From Leucoraja erinacea (lineage: Eukaryota): a DNA stretch of 64,000 nucleotides. The stretch lies in contig NC_073381.1 of assembly GCF_028641065.1 (NCBI RefSeq), positions 23,870,001 to 23,934,000 of the forward strand. Reading direction: 5' to 3'. Numbering within the stretch: position 1 is the stretch's first letter; the number at the start of each line of letters is the position of its first letter. Below, piece after piece: positions 24,868 through 37,894 of this stretch. The notes under the pieces were generated by a model, which was given only the letters and a program-made list of their open reading frames with translations, did no database searches and was not told the DNA's origin. The translations under genes were made by a program, and so were the position numbers.

Positions 24868-25135
24868 TGATTCCTGTAGTATTTGGTAAAATAATAGCAA
24901 TATGAAGACGCCATGACCAAAGCAAAGATTAGATTAGCGGAGACAGAAGCCGATTACGGAAATGGCGCTAAAGATTAGTCATGATCTACTACGGCTTATT
25001 TGTCGAGTGGACTATCTTGCTCCGCTATAATATCTTTGGTTTAACCCAAATGTGACAATATCCCCAATTTAACAGTTTATAATCTGATTCACCACTTGTC
25101 CATATGGAACCTGATGGTTTCTCTCCATCATATAA

Positions 25136-25410
25136 AGGGGCTGTCCCACTTGGGCAACCTAATTGGCGAGTTTAGAAGAGTTTGAAAAAATGGCATGTTG
25201 AGGACCACCTTCGACCATGTTGAAGACCAGTTTCGACTAGCTATGACTAACTTCGGGAAAATTGGACACCGAATAGTGGAGAGTGAAGACGACCTCCTTT
25301 GACCCCTCCCCCCCCCCCCCTTCGACCTCCCTTCGACTATAATGAAGACTACCTTGATCAGGTTTGGCACATACCCAGAGATTCTCTCGAAGGTCCACAA
25401 AATGGGCAAG
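25136..25410. mobile_element. MITE fragment (GGGGCTGTCCCACTT TIR family)
   Basis: aaaggggctgtcccacttgggcaacct matches the TIR of 44480-45244; cgacta/ctatga-rich interior. Confidence 0.55.
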
Positions 25411-26160
25411 AGAAAATATTCTGATGGTATGCCAACTGCTCTCTCTCTGACTGCCTGAACTTGCAGAGACTGGTGAACACAATCTAGACCATCATTGGCT
25501 CATTGTTTCCTTCCATCCAGTTCAGTTCATCTTTACAGTACATTGCATCATGAAGAATGGAAATATCATCAAGGATGCCTGCCACCCTGGACATTCCCTT
25601 CCGTCTCTTCTACCTTTTAGGATATGATATTGTAGCTTAAAAGCCCGGATGTCTGGACGTAGGAACAGTTTCTTCCCACTGCTAAATGATTCTGAATAAC
25701 TCACTTCTTTTACACCCTTTTCCCTGCCACATACTCTAGGCTCTACCTCTTTCACTTACTCCATTTTTACAATTTCATATTTTTTGCACTGTTTCAGATT
25801 GCAATACCATATTTGACCCATTCTGCTTGTTTCTTATAATTGTACATTTTGTTTGTATGCACTTCCACTCCATCCCCAAAGACATGAAATTACCAGAAAT
25901 TCTGACCCATTAATTTTAAGATAGTCAAGGAGAGGAATTTGTCCTTAACTGCTTGTGTTGAAGATGCATATGTGTTTAGGCTGTGTGATGTGCTGTGTTT
26001 ATAAAATTCAGTTTCATGGCAGTCAACATTTCAGAAGTGGTGTATAATTGACAGACATGTTTGATAAAGGCAAATTCTTAACTATCATCTTGGACATCAA
26101 ATGCCTCTATATTCTAGCTTTATGACTCGGAATCAAGTCTTCCACCTTGGAGCATCTTGG

Positions 26161-26389
26161 ATAATAATAATAATAATAATAATAATCTTGTTTGTATAGC
26201 ACATTTTTAGTCAACTTGCATTGACCCCAAAGTGCTTCACATAATTACATTACATTTACACACAGGCAAAGGTGGGTGAAGTGTCTTGCCCCAAGGACAC
26301 AACGACTGTATGCACTCCAAGCGGGATTCGAACCGGCTACCTTCCGGTCGCCAGCCGAACACTTAGCCCATTGCGCCATCTGTCGTCCC
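26161..26389 (-). mobile_element. tRNA-derived CORE-type SINE with L2-like 3' tail and (ATT)n end
   Basis: minus strand: A-box TGGCGCAATGG, B-box GGTTCGAATCC, GTGTCCTTGGGGCAAGACACTTCACCC core, GTGAAGCACTTTGGG...GTGCTATAC tail. Confidence 0.8.
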
Positions 26390-27929
26390 ACTAGATGATG
26401 ATAAGATGATTAGAACAACAACTTTAGCTCATTTGGAGCTTTTATGTCATACAAGTATCCTAAGTTGCTTTAGAGGAGTATTAACATATATAAAGCACAT
26501 AGGGAGACACATGTGACAGTATTCAGGCTGATGCCCTGAGGTTTGATCAGAGGAATATTTTAGAAGAGAAAATTGAAAAGAGGCAGAGGTGGAGTCCAAT
26601 TTCGCCCCAATGCCTAAACTACCACACTGACACCACTATGCGGCCACGATTCAGGTATTGACATTTAAATCAACGTACTAGTAAAGTTTTATTAGGTGAC
26701 AGGCTTGCACTTATTGGAGGATTGCAAGCTTGCTTGGCATGGCTTGCCTGCCATGTACATGGATTGTTATGACTATAGCATATTTTCTTTGCACTAGGAA
26801 AAAGCAGTGCATATTTTCTAGAAAACAAGCTTATATAACAAATTTCATCTCTCCCATAAATTTTAACTTTTGCTATTGGCGGTTTTGTCTTTAATATGTA
26901 TTAATGTAAGCACCATACATTTGTTTCTATGTGTTTTGAATTGACAGTTTCATTGTGCATGCAACTATTTTCAAGGATGAATGAAATGCATATGAGCTAC
27001 TCAAATCTAGCTTCTGGCTGTAAGGCATAAGGCCTTCAATAAACATTATTTTGAGGCTTTATAGCTGAGTCTGCAGAAGTGGAAGCAGATTTGTTAGCTG
27101 AAAACTATTGCTGCTTCATCATGTTTTCACCTTTCTCTTTACATGTGTGTTATTTGGGTGGTTAATTCAGACTCAATTTCACTTCCTGGGAACACACATA
27201 GCAGAAGCCTGCCCTGAATTTGGGATGAAATGGTCTGCTTCAGCAGTCTTCTTCTGGCATGGTCAATAGCTTGTGAATGCACAATGAAAATATTATTGAT
27301 GTGCAGTAAGGGATTCTTTGGAGGACAAGGTTAAGCTGCACGATCAAGGAACTTTTGCTTCAGTGCTAATATATTTTGTCTTGCCCTTCACAATGTTTTT
27401 AAGGGCAAGTAGAGGATAAATTGTATGTTGTAGCACTAACCCTGTCTAATCCAACGGCAGCAACTTGAACCAAGTTAAAGGAACACAGAATTTGGTGGCT
27501 GAGAGAAAAAGACTAAGGATTATCAGCTCACCGTCAAATGACATGCTAGCAAACATAAAGTGTAACTGTTGTGATGTCCATGAATTGTTCTGCTGCCATG
27601 CATGGAACTAAGTCACATTCCCATTTTTGATATATTTATAATATGAGGCAAGATAATATACGTATGTTACAACCTAGGGTGCAACCTAATATTTCCAGGA
27701 GCATCCATATATTTACTTTTCAACTATTTGCTCAATTCATATTTAAACCTTTTGTGTTTTTTATTCCCAGTACTATGTCTGGTGCAAAATTCTGGGAAAG
27801 GTGGTGCTAGGTGACTTCCTAATCATCAGAAATGGCATCCAAAATGAGTATGCACAGTTCCATTGGAAGCCTCTCCACACACACCCAATGATTGTTGAAA
27901 GCATGCAAAGTGTAGGCAAACCATTCCAA

Positions 27930-28290
27930 TCAAGATAGATACAAAGTGCTGGAGTAGCCAAGCAGGTCAGGCGGCATCTCTGGAGAAAAGGTGACATTTC
28001 TGATTGAGACGGTTCTTCAGACTGAGTGTCAGGGGAGAGAGAAACGAGAGATATAAAAAGGTACAGAGAACAAATTAATGAAAGGTACGCAAAAGGACAA
28101 ATCGAAGCCAGCCACAATGATCAAGGAAAGGTGGAGCCCACAATGATTCATTGTTGGTTGTGGAGAATGTGATAAAGAGTGATACAAACTGTGAGAAGTA
28201 GCAGACTAGTACGACGACTAGGATGGGGGGAGGGACGGAGTTTTACTTCACTATCTTCAGTGCAAACCAGCATCTGCAGTTCCTTTCTAA
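27930..28290 (-). mobile_element. Penelope terminal-repeat-derived element
   Basis: caaagtgctggagtag..ggtcaggcggcatctctggag..gtgacatttc..ttcttcagactga. Confidence 0.65.
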
Positions 28291-28344
28291 ACAAAGCATT
28301 ACAATGATCAGCTAGTGGGCAACGTAGATTACCCACCAGTGCCA

Positions 28345-29566
28345 TCTATACATAACTAAAACTCTGATCTTGCACTCTTCCGGTTTGCGCGTTTTTCCTA
28401 TTTGCGCAAAAAACGGTACACAATAGCACTACGATTTTTTTGTCAGCTCACTCACCGTTCTCCTGTGCTGCGAGTCTCTCAAATTTCATTCCGATCGGTA
28501 GTATATTGTAAAAGTTAGCGAGGTTTAAAAATTGTAATAAATGCGCGTGCGCAGATCGATCTCCTTTCCTGTCAGTCAGTGCCACGCAGATTGGTCTCTT
28601 CTCCTGTCACTCCCCGGGATGGTCCGCCCCTTACTGCACCATAGCATCTTTACTGGAGCTGAGGAAGGCCGGCGGAGATCGGAGGGACAGGAAGTCGGAG
28701 ATGTCGCCAAAGGGAAAGCGGAGAGTCTGATCCCGGCGGAGGAGAGCGTCCAAGCCCACTGTGAGTCCCAAACGTGCCGCCATTGCACACCCCGCAGCTC
28801 CAGCCCCTTCCTCTCTGCTCCCCTTCCCCGTGATACCCCCCTCTTCCCCAAGGCTCTTTTCTCCAAGCTCTCCTCCCACCACCACATCCCCCCTCCGCCC
28901 ACACGCCAGCATGGCCATAGCTGCTGGTACTTCCGGGTCGATCCAAGGCCTGGCTCTAAGGGCGCTGACTGCTGATGCTCTTCAGGGGCATGCAAAAAGG
29001 GAGAGCAGCGGAAACCTCGAAATACTGGCGAGGGAGAGCAGGGGAGAAGAGGGGATAGAGGGAGAGGAGGGGAGTAGGGAGGGGAGAGGAGTTATGGAAG
29101 GAGGGAGGGGGTGACTGAGAGTAGGGAAAGGAGAGGCGAGCGAGGAATTCAGAGAGGGTAGGAGAAGAGGGTAAAGAAGGAGGATGGGGAATAGAGGGAG
29201 AGGTTGAGGAGGTAGGGAGTGAGGAATAGAGGGAGGGATTGGCAGTAGGGGAGGTGAGGAGGGATAGTGGGGGGAGGCAGGGGGAGGTGAGGAGTGGAAG
29301 ATAGAGGCATCGGAGGGTGTAAGGAGGGGAGAGGAGTTATAGAGGGAGGGAGTGACTGAAGGTAGGGTAAAGGAAAGGGAAAGAGGTGATGGATGGATTT
29401 GGAGAGGGGAAAGAAGAGGGAAGGTGAAGAGGAGGGGAGTCAGTGCTACGGATGAGAGGAAATGAGCTGCGCCTGTGCAGTTGGGGGTTATGGTGAGTGG
29501 TGGAATATTGCGTTGGGGGAGCAAGCTTCTGTGTGACAATGACCCAACTGGTCTCACTTAGTCTCG
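28345..29566 (+). mobile_element. Non-autonomous Helitron with GA-rich interior
   Basis: A|TCTATACATAACTAAAACTCTGATC start; ends gacccaactggtctcacttagtCTCG|T (CTAG variant); homologous to 54300-55025. Confidence 0.8.
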
Positions 29567-30107
29567 TCAATTCTAAGTGCAAAGGTCCAACGGGACTCTT
29601 CTTAACCTTCCTTCACTGAACTTGATGTTAGCTGGCAGGATGGATCCATGCCAGGGCTTTTTAAACATATTTGGAATATCTAAGAGGTTAGCTCCAGCTT
29701 ATGTCTACTGGCTATCTTTGTAACAAAGGACAGCATTTGGGGGGCTTCCCTACCATTGCATAATTCTGGACCTCTCATTTTGGCAGGCCTGTTTTTTTTT
29801 AAATGTAAACTTCCAGGCAATGAAGGACATGAGATTGAATGAGCATGGAAGGCTGGAAAAAGGCCCAACAGAACAATCATGAGCCAAGAGATAGAATCAG
29901 AATATTCAACATGGAGGCCAGTTTCTGTCAGGAATTCACAATGGCATAATTCACTTTATGTCGGTCTCAGTGAGGAAGTTTTCATTTCAGTAAGGAATTT
30001 GCATCTGAAATCTGCTAAGCACACATAGAACTCCAGAGCAAAGTAAAAAGATCACACTTCCTACAGATATCAAGGGTGACCGAGACACTTGACTACCATA
30101 TCACCTA

Positions 30108-31935
30108 CAGTGCATCGAGAAAGTATTCAGAGTTACATTATAGCTTTAATCTAAAATTGATTACAGTCATTTATTTTATCATCAATCTACGCACAATACC
30201 TCATAATATAAAAGCGAAAACAGGTGTTTAGTAATTTTTGCAAAATAATTAAAAATAAATAACTGAAATATCACATTTACGTAAGGATTCAGACCCTTTG
30301 CTGGGACTCTCAAAATTGAGCTTCGGTGTATCCAGTTTCCATTGATTATCCTTGAGATGTTTCTACAACTTGATTGGAGTCCACAAGTTGTAAATTAAAT
30401 TGATTGTACATGATTTCGAAAGGCACACACCTGTCTATATAAGATCCCACAGTTGACAGTGCATGTCAGAGCAAAAAACAAGCCATGAAGACAAAGGAAT
30501 TGTCTGTAGACCTCCGAGACAGGATTGTGTTGAGACACAGATTTGGGGAAGGGTATAAAACAATTTTTGCAGCATTGCAGGTCCCGAAGAGCACAGTGGC
30601 CTCCGTCATTCTTAAATAGAACTTTGAAACCACCAGGACTCTTCATAGAGCTGGCCGCCCGGCCAAACTGAGCACTGAGGGGAGAAGGGCCTTGGTCAGG
30701 GAGGTGACCAAGAACCCGATGGACACTCTGGCAGAGCTCCAGTGTTCCTCTGTGGAGATGGGAGAAACTTCCAGAAGGACAACTATATCTGCAGCACTCC
30801 ACCAATCAGACAGAAGCCACTCCTCAGTTAAAGGCACATGACAGCCTGCTTGGAGTTTGCCAAAAGGCACCTAAACAAGATTCACTGGCCTGATGAAACC
30901 AAGATTGAACTCTTTGGCCTGAATGCCAAGTGTCATGTCTGGAGAAAACCAGGCAACGCTCAACACCTGGCCAATACCATATCTACGGTGAAGCAAGCAC
31001 AAGGACCTAAAGCTCACGTCCAAGACAACGCAGGAGTGGCTTTGTGACAAGTCTGTGAATGTCTAAGTGGCCCAGCCAGAGCCCGGACTTGAACCCGATC
31101 AAATATCTTTGGAGGGACCTGAAAATAGCTGTGCATCGACAATCCCCATCCAACCTGACAGAGCTTGAGAGGATCTGCAGAGAAGAATGGGAGAAATTAG
31201 CCAAATACAGGTGTGCCAAACTTGTAGCGTCATACCCAAGAAGATTTGAGGTTGTAATCACTGCCAAAGGTGCCTCAATAAAGTACTGAGTAAAGGGTCT
31301 GAATACTTATGTAAATGTGATATTTCAGTTATTTACTTTTATTATTTTGCAAATTATTTTGCAAATCACCAGATGATTTCTGGGATGTCAGGACTGTCTT
31401 ATGAAGAAAGACTGGATAGACTTGGTTTATACTCTCTAGAATTTAGGAGAGTGAGAGGGGATCTTATAGAAACTTACAAAATTCTTAAGGGGTTGGACAG
31501 GCTAGATGCAGGAAGATTGTTCCCGATGTTGGGGAAGTCCAGGACAAGGGGTCACAGCTTAAGGATAAGGGGGAAATCGTTTAAAACCGAGATGAGAAGA
31601 ACTTTTTCACGCAGAGAGTGGTGAATCTCTGGAACTCTCTGCCACAGAGGGTAGTTGAGGCCAGTTCATTGGCTATATTTAAGAGGGAGTTAGATGTGGC
31701 CCTTGTGGCTAAGGGGATCAGGGGGTATGGAGAGAAGGCTTTACTGAGTTGGATGCATGATCTGTGAATGGCGGTTGCCGAAGGGCCGAATGGCCTACTC
31801 CTACCTAATTTCTAATAAAACATCACTTTTTTATTGTGGGTTACAGATTGCTGATTTGTAATCCATTTAGAATAGGCTGTAACGTAACAAAATGTGGAAA
31901 AAGTGAAGGGGTCTGAATACTTTCTGAATGCACTG
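30108..31935 (+). mobile_element. Tc1/mariner transposon (IR/DR type); defective transposase 30485-31289; CR1 inserted in the right TIR
   Basis: TA|CAGTGCATCGAGAAAGTATTCAGA ... TCTGAATACTTTCTGAATGCACTG|TA; inner repeats 30257-30300 / 31291-31335; MKTKELSVDLRDRIV HTH start, WPDETK, WPSQSPDLNPI motifs; catalytic middle deleted. Confidence 0.93.
31365..31812 (+). mobile_element. CR1 3' fragment nested in Tc1
   Basis: LSYEERLDRLGLYSLEFRR.RGDLIETYKILKG; near-identical to reverse complement of 19720-20090. Confidence 0.9.
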
Positions 31936-32330
31936 TATGTTGCCAGAGATATAAATAACATCACACAAGCTGTTGTACCATTATGCATGAAGATGGTCGT
32001 CATGAAAGGAGAGACATTCATTCCGTCCAGGCAAAGACAAGCAGTTGGAATAAACATACAGATTTACAGGGAGTGCATGATACCTCTGACTGGATGCACT
32101 TTGTCAAGTTAACATGAGGTGCAAACATGAACTAAACATGGTGCTGGGGTGAGATCAAGGCTGAGCATCTGGCAACTATTATCCCAATAAAGTTCATTGG
32201 TCCTTCACTCTGCCACAGTCCTCTGACACCTATGTCTCAGCTATCACTGAAGAACAACAGTTACCTACTTTGCAAGACTCTAAACTGGGTTGTAAGCCAT
32301 AGAGGAGTGAACAGCAAGCACAGTGAGGGG

Positions 32331-32535
32331 TGTAATGTTTGAGACCACGTAAGGCCCTGTTGTGACTAGTACAAGCAAAAGGAGAACACGTCCGACATCT
32401 TGTAAGTATGATTTATTCTGCCCCACCCAGGGACACTGCTCCAAGGTCACCTGCTCTCGATCACGAGGCAAAGCCCTTCATATTAAAGGGGCACAGGCAT
32501 TTACATATACATCACATCTCCCCCTTTACATCACA
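32331..32535 (-). mobile_element. LTR retroelement remnant: LTR (32331-32516) + polypurine tract + 8-bp LTR stub, 5-bp TSD
   Basis: minus strand TGTGATGT...AATAAA...ACATTACA; PPT AAAGGGGGAGA; agggg flanks both sides (32326-32330, 32536-32540). Confidence 0.7.
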
Positions 32536-32899
32536 AGGGGAATATTGTGACTGGTCAATATTTGCCCGCAAGCAATGCCTCACTGCCTGGACTGGGCGGA
32601 AGATGCTCTCCAGTGCTGAGTGGGGCTTTAATTGCACCATGAAGCACAATTTGTCATTATGAGAGAGCAAACTTTGTCACCAGATCCCTGGTAAGATGCT
32701 GAAGAGCAGGGCCTGACCCAGCCCCAGCCCCAGCCCCTTAGGTTCCAGCAACCTGACTGGCTGCTAAATGGTTGACAATCAATACCAAGGGTGTCAGTGG
32801 ACTGATCAGGGGAACATGAGTGCACTCATCTGGAGCAAAGACATCCTGAACTTTGGAGAAAACCTGACTAAACCATTATCCTGACTAACAACCATTATC

Positions 32900-33117
32900 T
32901 TGTGGAATTATCTGCGACAGAAGGCAGTGGAGGCTAATTCACTGTATGTATTCAAGAGAGTTAGATTTAGCTCTTAGGGCTAACAGAATCAAGGGATATG
33001 GGGAGAAAGCAGGAACGGGGTACTGATTTTGGATGGACAGCCTTGATCATATTGAATGGCAGTGCTGCCTCAATGGGCAGAATGACCTACTCGTGCACCA
33101 ATCTTCTATGTTTCTAT
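32900..33117 (+). mobile_element. CR1 3' UTR fragment
   Basis: ggcagtggaggc...ggagaaagcaggaacggggtactga...ttctatgtttcta. Confidence 0.8.
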
Positions 33118-35121
33118 CCTGCACTGCGGAAGTTGAATTGCTAATGTAAAAGTAAATTTGTACAGAGCTAAAGATTAAATAGACATTTAAGCAGCCATCT
33201 CCAGAGGATGACCTTTTTGGGTGGGTTACAAATAAATGCTGGCTGATTCACTGACTCTCTCGAGCAAGTGGAGAGAGTCACCCTCTCACATTGACATGTA
33301 ATGTAGGCACCCTTTGTAGAAAGATAGACCTGCAGAATTAAGCTCGGGAATCTCCTGCAACAAAAATAAAAATCCAGGAAAGTCACAAGATCAGCTCCGA
33401 CAGCAGGATAGGATGTTGTGGACCTAGCACCGTTCTGGCTCATGGGCTTCAGAGATTGCATCTGTGATGCCGGATATATGGCTGGTGATAAGTGCAACTT
33501 TATGTTACTGGAATCCTTTATATTTGTGCGTTTATGTCAATGTTGTTCCAGTACTTGTGTTGAAATAAAATGATTACGAATTTATGCCTTAATATTTCTA
33601 TGCTAGTACAATATATAAAATGCTTAGTTGATCAATGGGTAAATTATTCTATGCTAGCATCATTTACCAATAATGAGAATGTCAGATGAGCTAGGTTTTA
33701 TGAAGGGAAATTTATGAAGGAAACTCCTGCACCCATTGTCTATTGTCTAAATCATTGATGTAGATGACAAACAGTAACGGGCCAAGCACCGAACCCTGAG
33801 GCACACCACTAGTCACAGACATCCAATCTGAGAAGCAACCTTCCACCATTACCCTCCGCTTGAGAAAAACAGTTTAAAGAGAGAAATGACTCGGGTCGTT
33901 AAGATGATGAAAAGTGTAGAGAGTAGATACGCACAGGCCATATAACATCACTCACAATCACAGAACACAAAGGGAAACTGACATAAACACATCAAGTTTC
34001 ATGTGAAGCTATGGATAAGATTGTTTAAAATTTCCTTTCAGAGCAGTGGAACAGCAACATTATATAATGTGATATTGATCAGCCCCTTCAATATCATTAT
34101 GGATAAATATTAGGTTAGAATTAAATCAAACCCCGTTTATTGAAGTCAGCCACTTCGATAAATATTATGGATAGATATTATGTTAGAATTTAAGTTTTCT
34201 AGAAGAGGTGATCAATGGAAACTCTCATCTGCTTATTGCTCAAACCTAAGGGCCATACCTACGGAGAAGAGCAAGTCGGGCTTCAATAACAGAGATCACT
34301 TATGTGGTGCAGGGCAGTTAATGTACTAACCCGTCCTTTATTAGTTTGAATAACAAGAGTATGCTGCATATCAGTTGAGAAGCAGGGCAATGGACCTTTC
34401 AAGTTAAAATTAAAGATGAAATGAAGAAAGCGAATATTGGTAAGGGCTTGGATTAATGGGTTGAGAGGGCTCTGCAGATGGGAAATTGGAATGATTGGTG
34501 AGTCAAGAAGAAATAAATGAGTAGATGCAGTCACAAGAGTCACTGGGAAGAAAAGTTATGAGTTGATTCTTAAAGGTGAGGAGGCCTGCAGAGAATTCTA
34601 TAAGCAAGGTCAAGAGAGATAACAGCTGGAGACATGAAAGAAAAGAGGAATTAATGGAAACCCAGGGTAGAAAGGAACTGCACACTATATAGCCCTCTCT
34701 GGTTTTCTTTCAGATTTCCAGCATCAATAGGTTTTGATTTCCACTCAAATGCTGCTTAGGTTTTGTTGCGATTTTATTTTGCAGAGTAAGAAGAAACTAA
34801 GAAAACAACATCTGTTACTAAACACAATAGATCAATTTTTTAAATCGGCACTGATATAGTTGATGTTGAATGGTATTGTTTAGCACGCAATAAAAAGCTT
34901 ATCACTGTACCTTGGTACACGTGACAATAAACTAAACTGAAACTGAGGTATTTGTACTTTAGATTTTTAGGACCACAGAATATGAGCAGCTCATAGGTGG
35001 ATAAAAAATATTCATCCAAGTCTAATGGCAGAGCAACAAACCGATTACATTGGGAACTAATGGATTCTCATGTATTCAGTTGTCAAACACAAAGTTGTGA
35101 ATAAGACATGCTGACTGGTAG

Positions 35122-35220
35122 GTTGACACAAAGTGCTGGAGTACCTCAGTGGATCAGGCAGCATCTCTGGAGATAAAAGATGGGTGGCATTTCAGGTTAG
35201 GACCCTTCTTCAGACTGAAA
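35122..35220 (-). mobile_element. Penelope terminal repeat, decayed hammerhead core
   Basis: acacaaagtgctggagtacctcag...acccttcttcagactgaa. Confidence 0.7.
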
Positions 35221-37894
35221 GACTGACTGGTAGGCTAATTGGCTACTGTATGTAATCCCAAATATAGGTGCATTGCAGGAGAATCAGATGCTAAGAGAGA
35301 GAATGGGTTAGGTGGAAAATGTGAGGAATGGGATTGATGGGATTTCCCGAAGAGCCAGGATCGCTTATACCCATACGAAGTTGTGAGAACATAGGGAAGC
35401 AGAGCAGGTCTCCTGTATGAAGAGAAAGCAGTAGTTTGAAATATAACTCTTGGTTGGAAGTTTCAATCATTGAAGGTCCATAAGGAATAATTTCCCGACA
35501 CCAATCTAAATGAGGGGCAACATGCAAGGAAATTACAGTTCTAAATCAGTTCTGATCAGCCATGATCATAATGAATGGCGGTGCAGGCTCGAAGGGCTGA
35601 ATGGCCTACTCCTGTACCTATTTTCTATGTTTCTATGTTTCTATGTAAAAGGAGGTGCGCGCAGAAAATTGGCATACAGCTGCCACTACAGGTGTCCCTT
35701 GTGGGATCACATTACAAGTCTCCAGTCAGACAATTTCTGTATCAGTTAATTTAATGTGTAGCTCTGAGCTGCAAAAAAATCTTTTGTGAAATGGTTGGCT
35801 GCATTAGAGGTTGATGGATATGATGATAAATTGGGTATGTAGGGTCAAAAGGAGACACGCCAGTTGGGGCTAATGGCATTTTCTTCTTCATCATCTTCTA
35901 CATTTATCTTGTTATATGTTACACAAACATTATATCATCATCTCCCTAAAGATGGAATGTCTGTTCAAAATTTTAGTGTATGATTAACACGAATGTCCCT
36001 GGTGGATTTTCAGCTCGTAGTAATATTTGAGGTTTTTTTCTGAGGTTGTGTTCATATTATGTGAAAGTAATTTCCTATTCTCTCTTGAGATCTTTTGTGT
36101 GAAAGGTTCAATTGCCTGAAACAATCATTCTCACATCTGTCGAGTTTCCCTGTCCTGCTTGTGGCTTCCGTAAATATGTTTTGTTTTTAGTCCTCATCTG
36201 ACCATATGCCACAAGTTTGTATAGAAATTAGTCTCTAGTGAAGGATCTGAATTTAGGAGCTGGCTTGGTTATGTTCTTTGATAATTTTGATGGAGTGCTA
36301 AAGATCAAAGCAACCAGAACCAAGAAGTAACATTTTCAGATTTAAGACAATGTTGTTTTTAGGGGTGTCTTAATGAATTAACATCAGCAAAATGATAAGA
36401 AGGATGATTGGCCTAGAGTTCTTCTGTGCCTGCAAAGGTTGTGATAAATATGCACCGTGACCCAAATACAAATTCATCAGTGGAGAAAATCAGGGCAGCT
36501 TGTGGAAAGGTGCAAATAAGCAGAATGGTGCAACATTATAGCACAATCAACATTAGCGCAAAAAAAAACCTAGCGTTGTATAACAGAAAACCAAAAGAGG
36601 TAGAGTCACGTGTAAGAGCACATGGCAGCACCTAGGGAAGCCAGTGAAAAAGAAATCATTGGTTCAGGGATCTGATAACACTGGAGAAGAAACTGTTCTT
36701 AAATCTTGACATCCGGGCTTTCAAGCTCCCTATCTTCTTGCAGAAGGTAGAGGAGAGAAAAGGGAATGTTCAGGGAGTCATGCAGCCTTGATGATAATTC
36801 CAGCCTCCCTGCTGAAACACAGCGGGAAGATGGACAGGATTGAAGGAAATGGCGAATGTTTGATGGAGTGGGCTGTGTTCACCACTCTCCACAGGTTTAC
36901 TAGAAACAGAGCTAAAGATAGCTTTCTTCTATTTGGCTGTCTCCTGTTCATGCTTATTTTGCATGCCGCTACGACCATAATAACCTTCTATATTTTTCAT
37001 TCTTTTAGCCAGTACTTTTGAAATGTTAGTGGTATTCTCCCATTACTTTTACTTTTAGTGAAATCAAGTTGAGCAGTTCTTATATTTTTCTGAAGTTCTG
37101 AGTCTTGCCTCTTTCTCTGTTCTCTGCTGTCATTAAAATACACCACCGTACTCAACCTAATATCGATTGATAACATATTTTTTAATGCCAGATTTGAATG
37201 GTATTTATTGCTGAATTTAATCCCCATTTTCTTATGGAATTACTGCCAACATTAGCAATGTTGCGGCAACAACATTATCATATGTTCTCACCAGTGAGCT
37301 GATCACAAAGCCCACCTGAAAAGCCACTCTAATTCTTTCTTGTTCATGAGACTATGCGGATTTTCCTTCACTCTTGGTGCAGTTGTGACATAAAACATAG
37401 ACACCTTATTGGAAATTTCAGACAATCAATGTGTCTCACAGCCTAATCTGTCATACAACAGGGAAAATGCTCAGATTCCCAAACTCTGAGCTATATTGCA
37501 AATCTGCCGACTCCTCTCCCTGGAGTCGTTTCATGCCTAGCTCAGATAATCTTCACTTTTCTTCAGAATTCATCGCGCCTCGCTACGCTGGTGATTTCTT
37601 TATTAGATGAAAGATCGAGAACTGAGCAAAGTTCCTGTGATAGGGATGGATCGAGCTGAAGTGCCATATCTCAGGAATTCTTCATTTTCCAACACAGTTT
37701 TCCTGATGCTTTAGTGAAGAGGGAGATAAATCCAAAAGGTTAATGTTTAAAATGTCAATAAGTGTGAAGCGAAAAGGAATTGAATACAAGTGTTCTTGTG
37801 CAAAAGAGAAACAATATTTTATGTGGCAACTTTGTTTTGGTCTCAGGTCCCAATAAATACTCAAATTGATCGAGTGATTATAATACAATGGACT

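Noticed and set aside
24232-24900. Pro/Ser/Leu-rich ORFs (also 28982-29557, 54433-55016)
   Set aside because: Translations of low-complexity purine/pyrimidine tracts inside repeats
26290-26389. tRNA gene
   Set aside because: A/B boxes continue into a CORE block and LINE tail; no complete cloverleaf, so it is a SINE head
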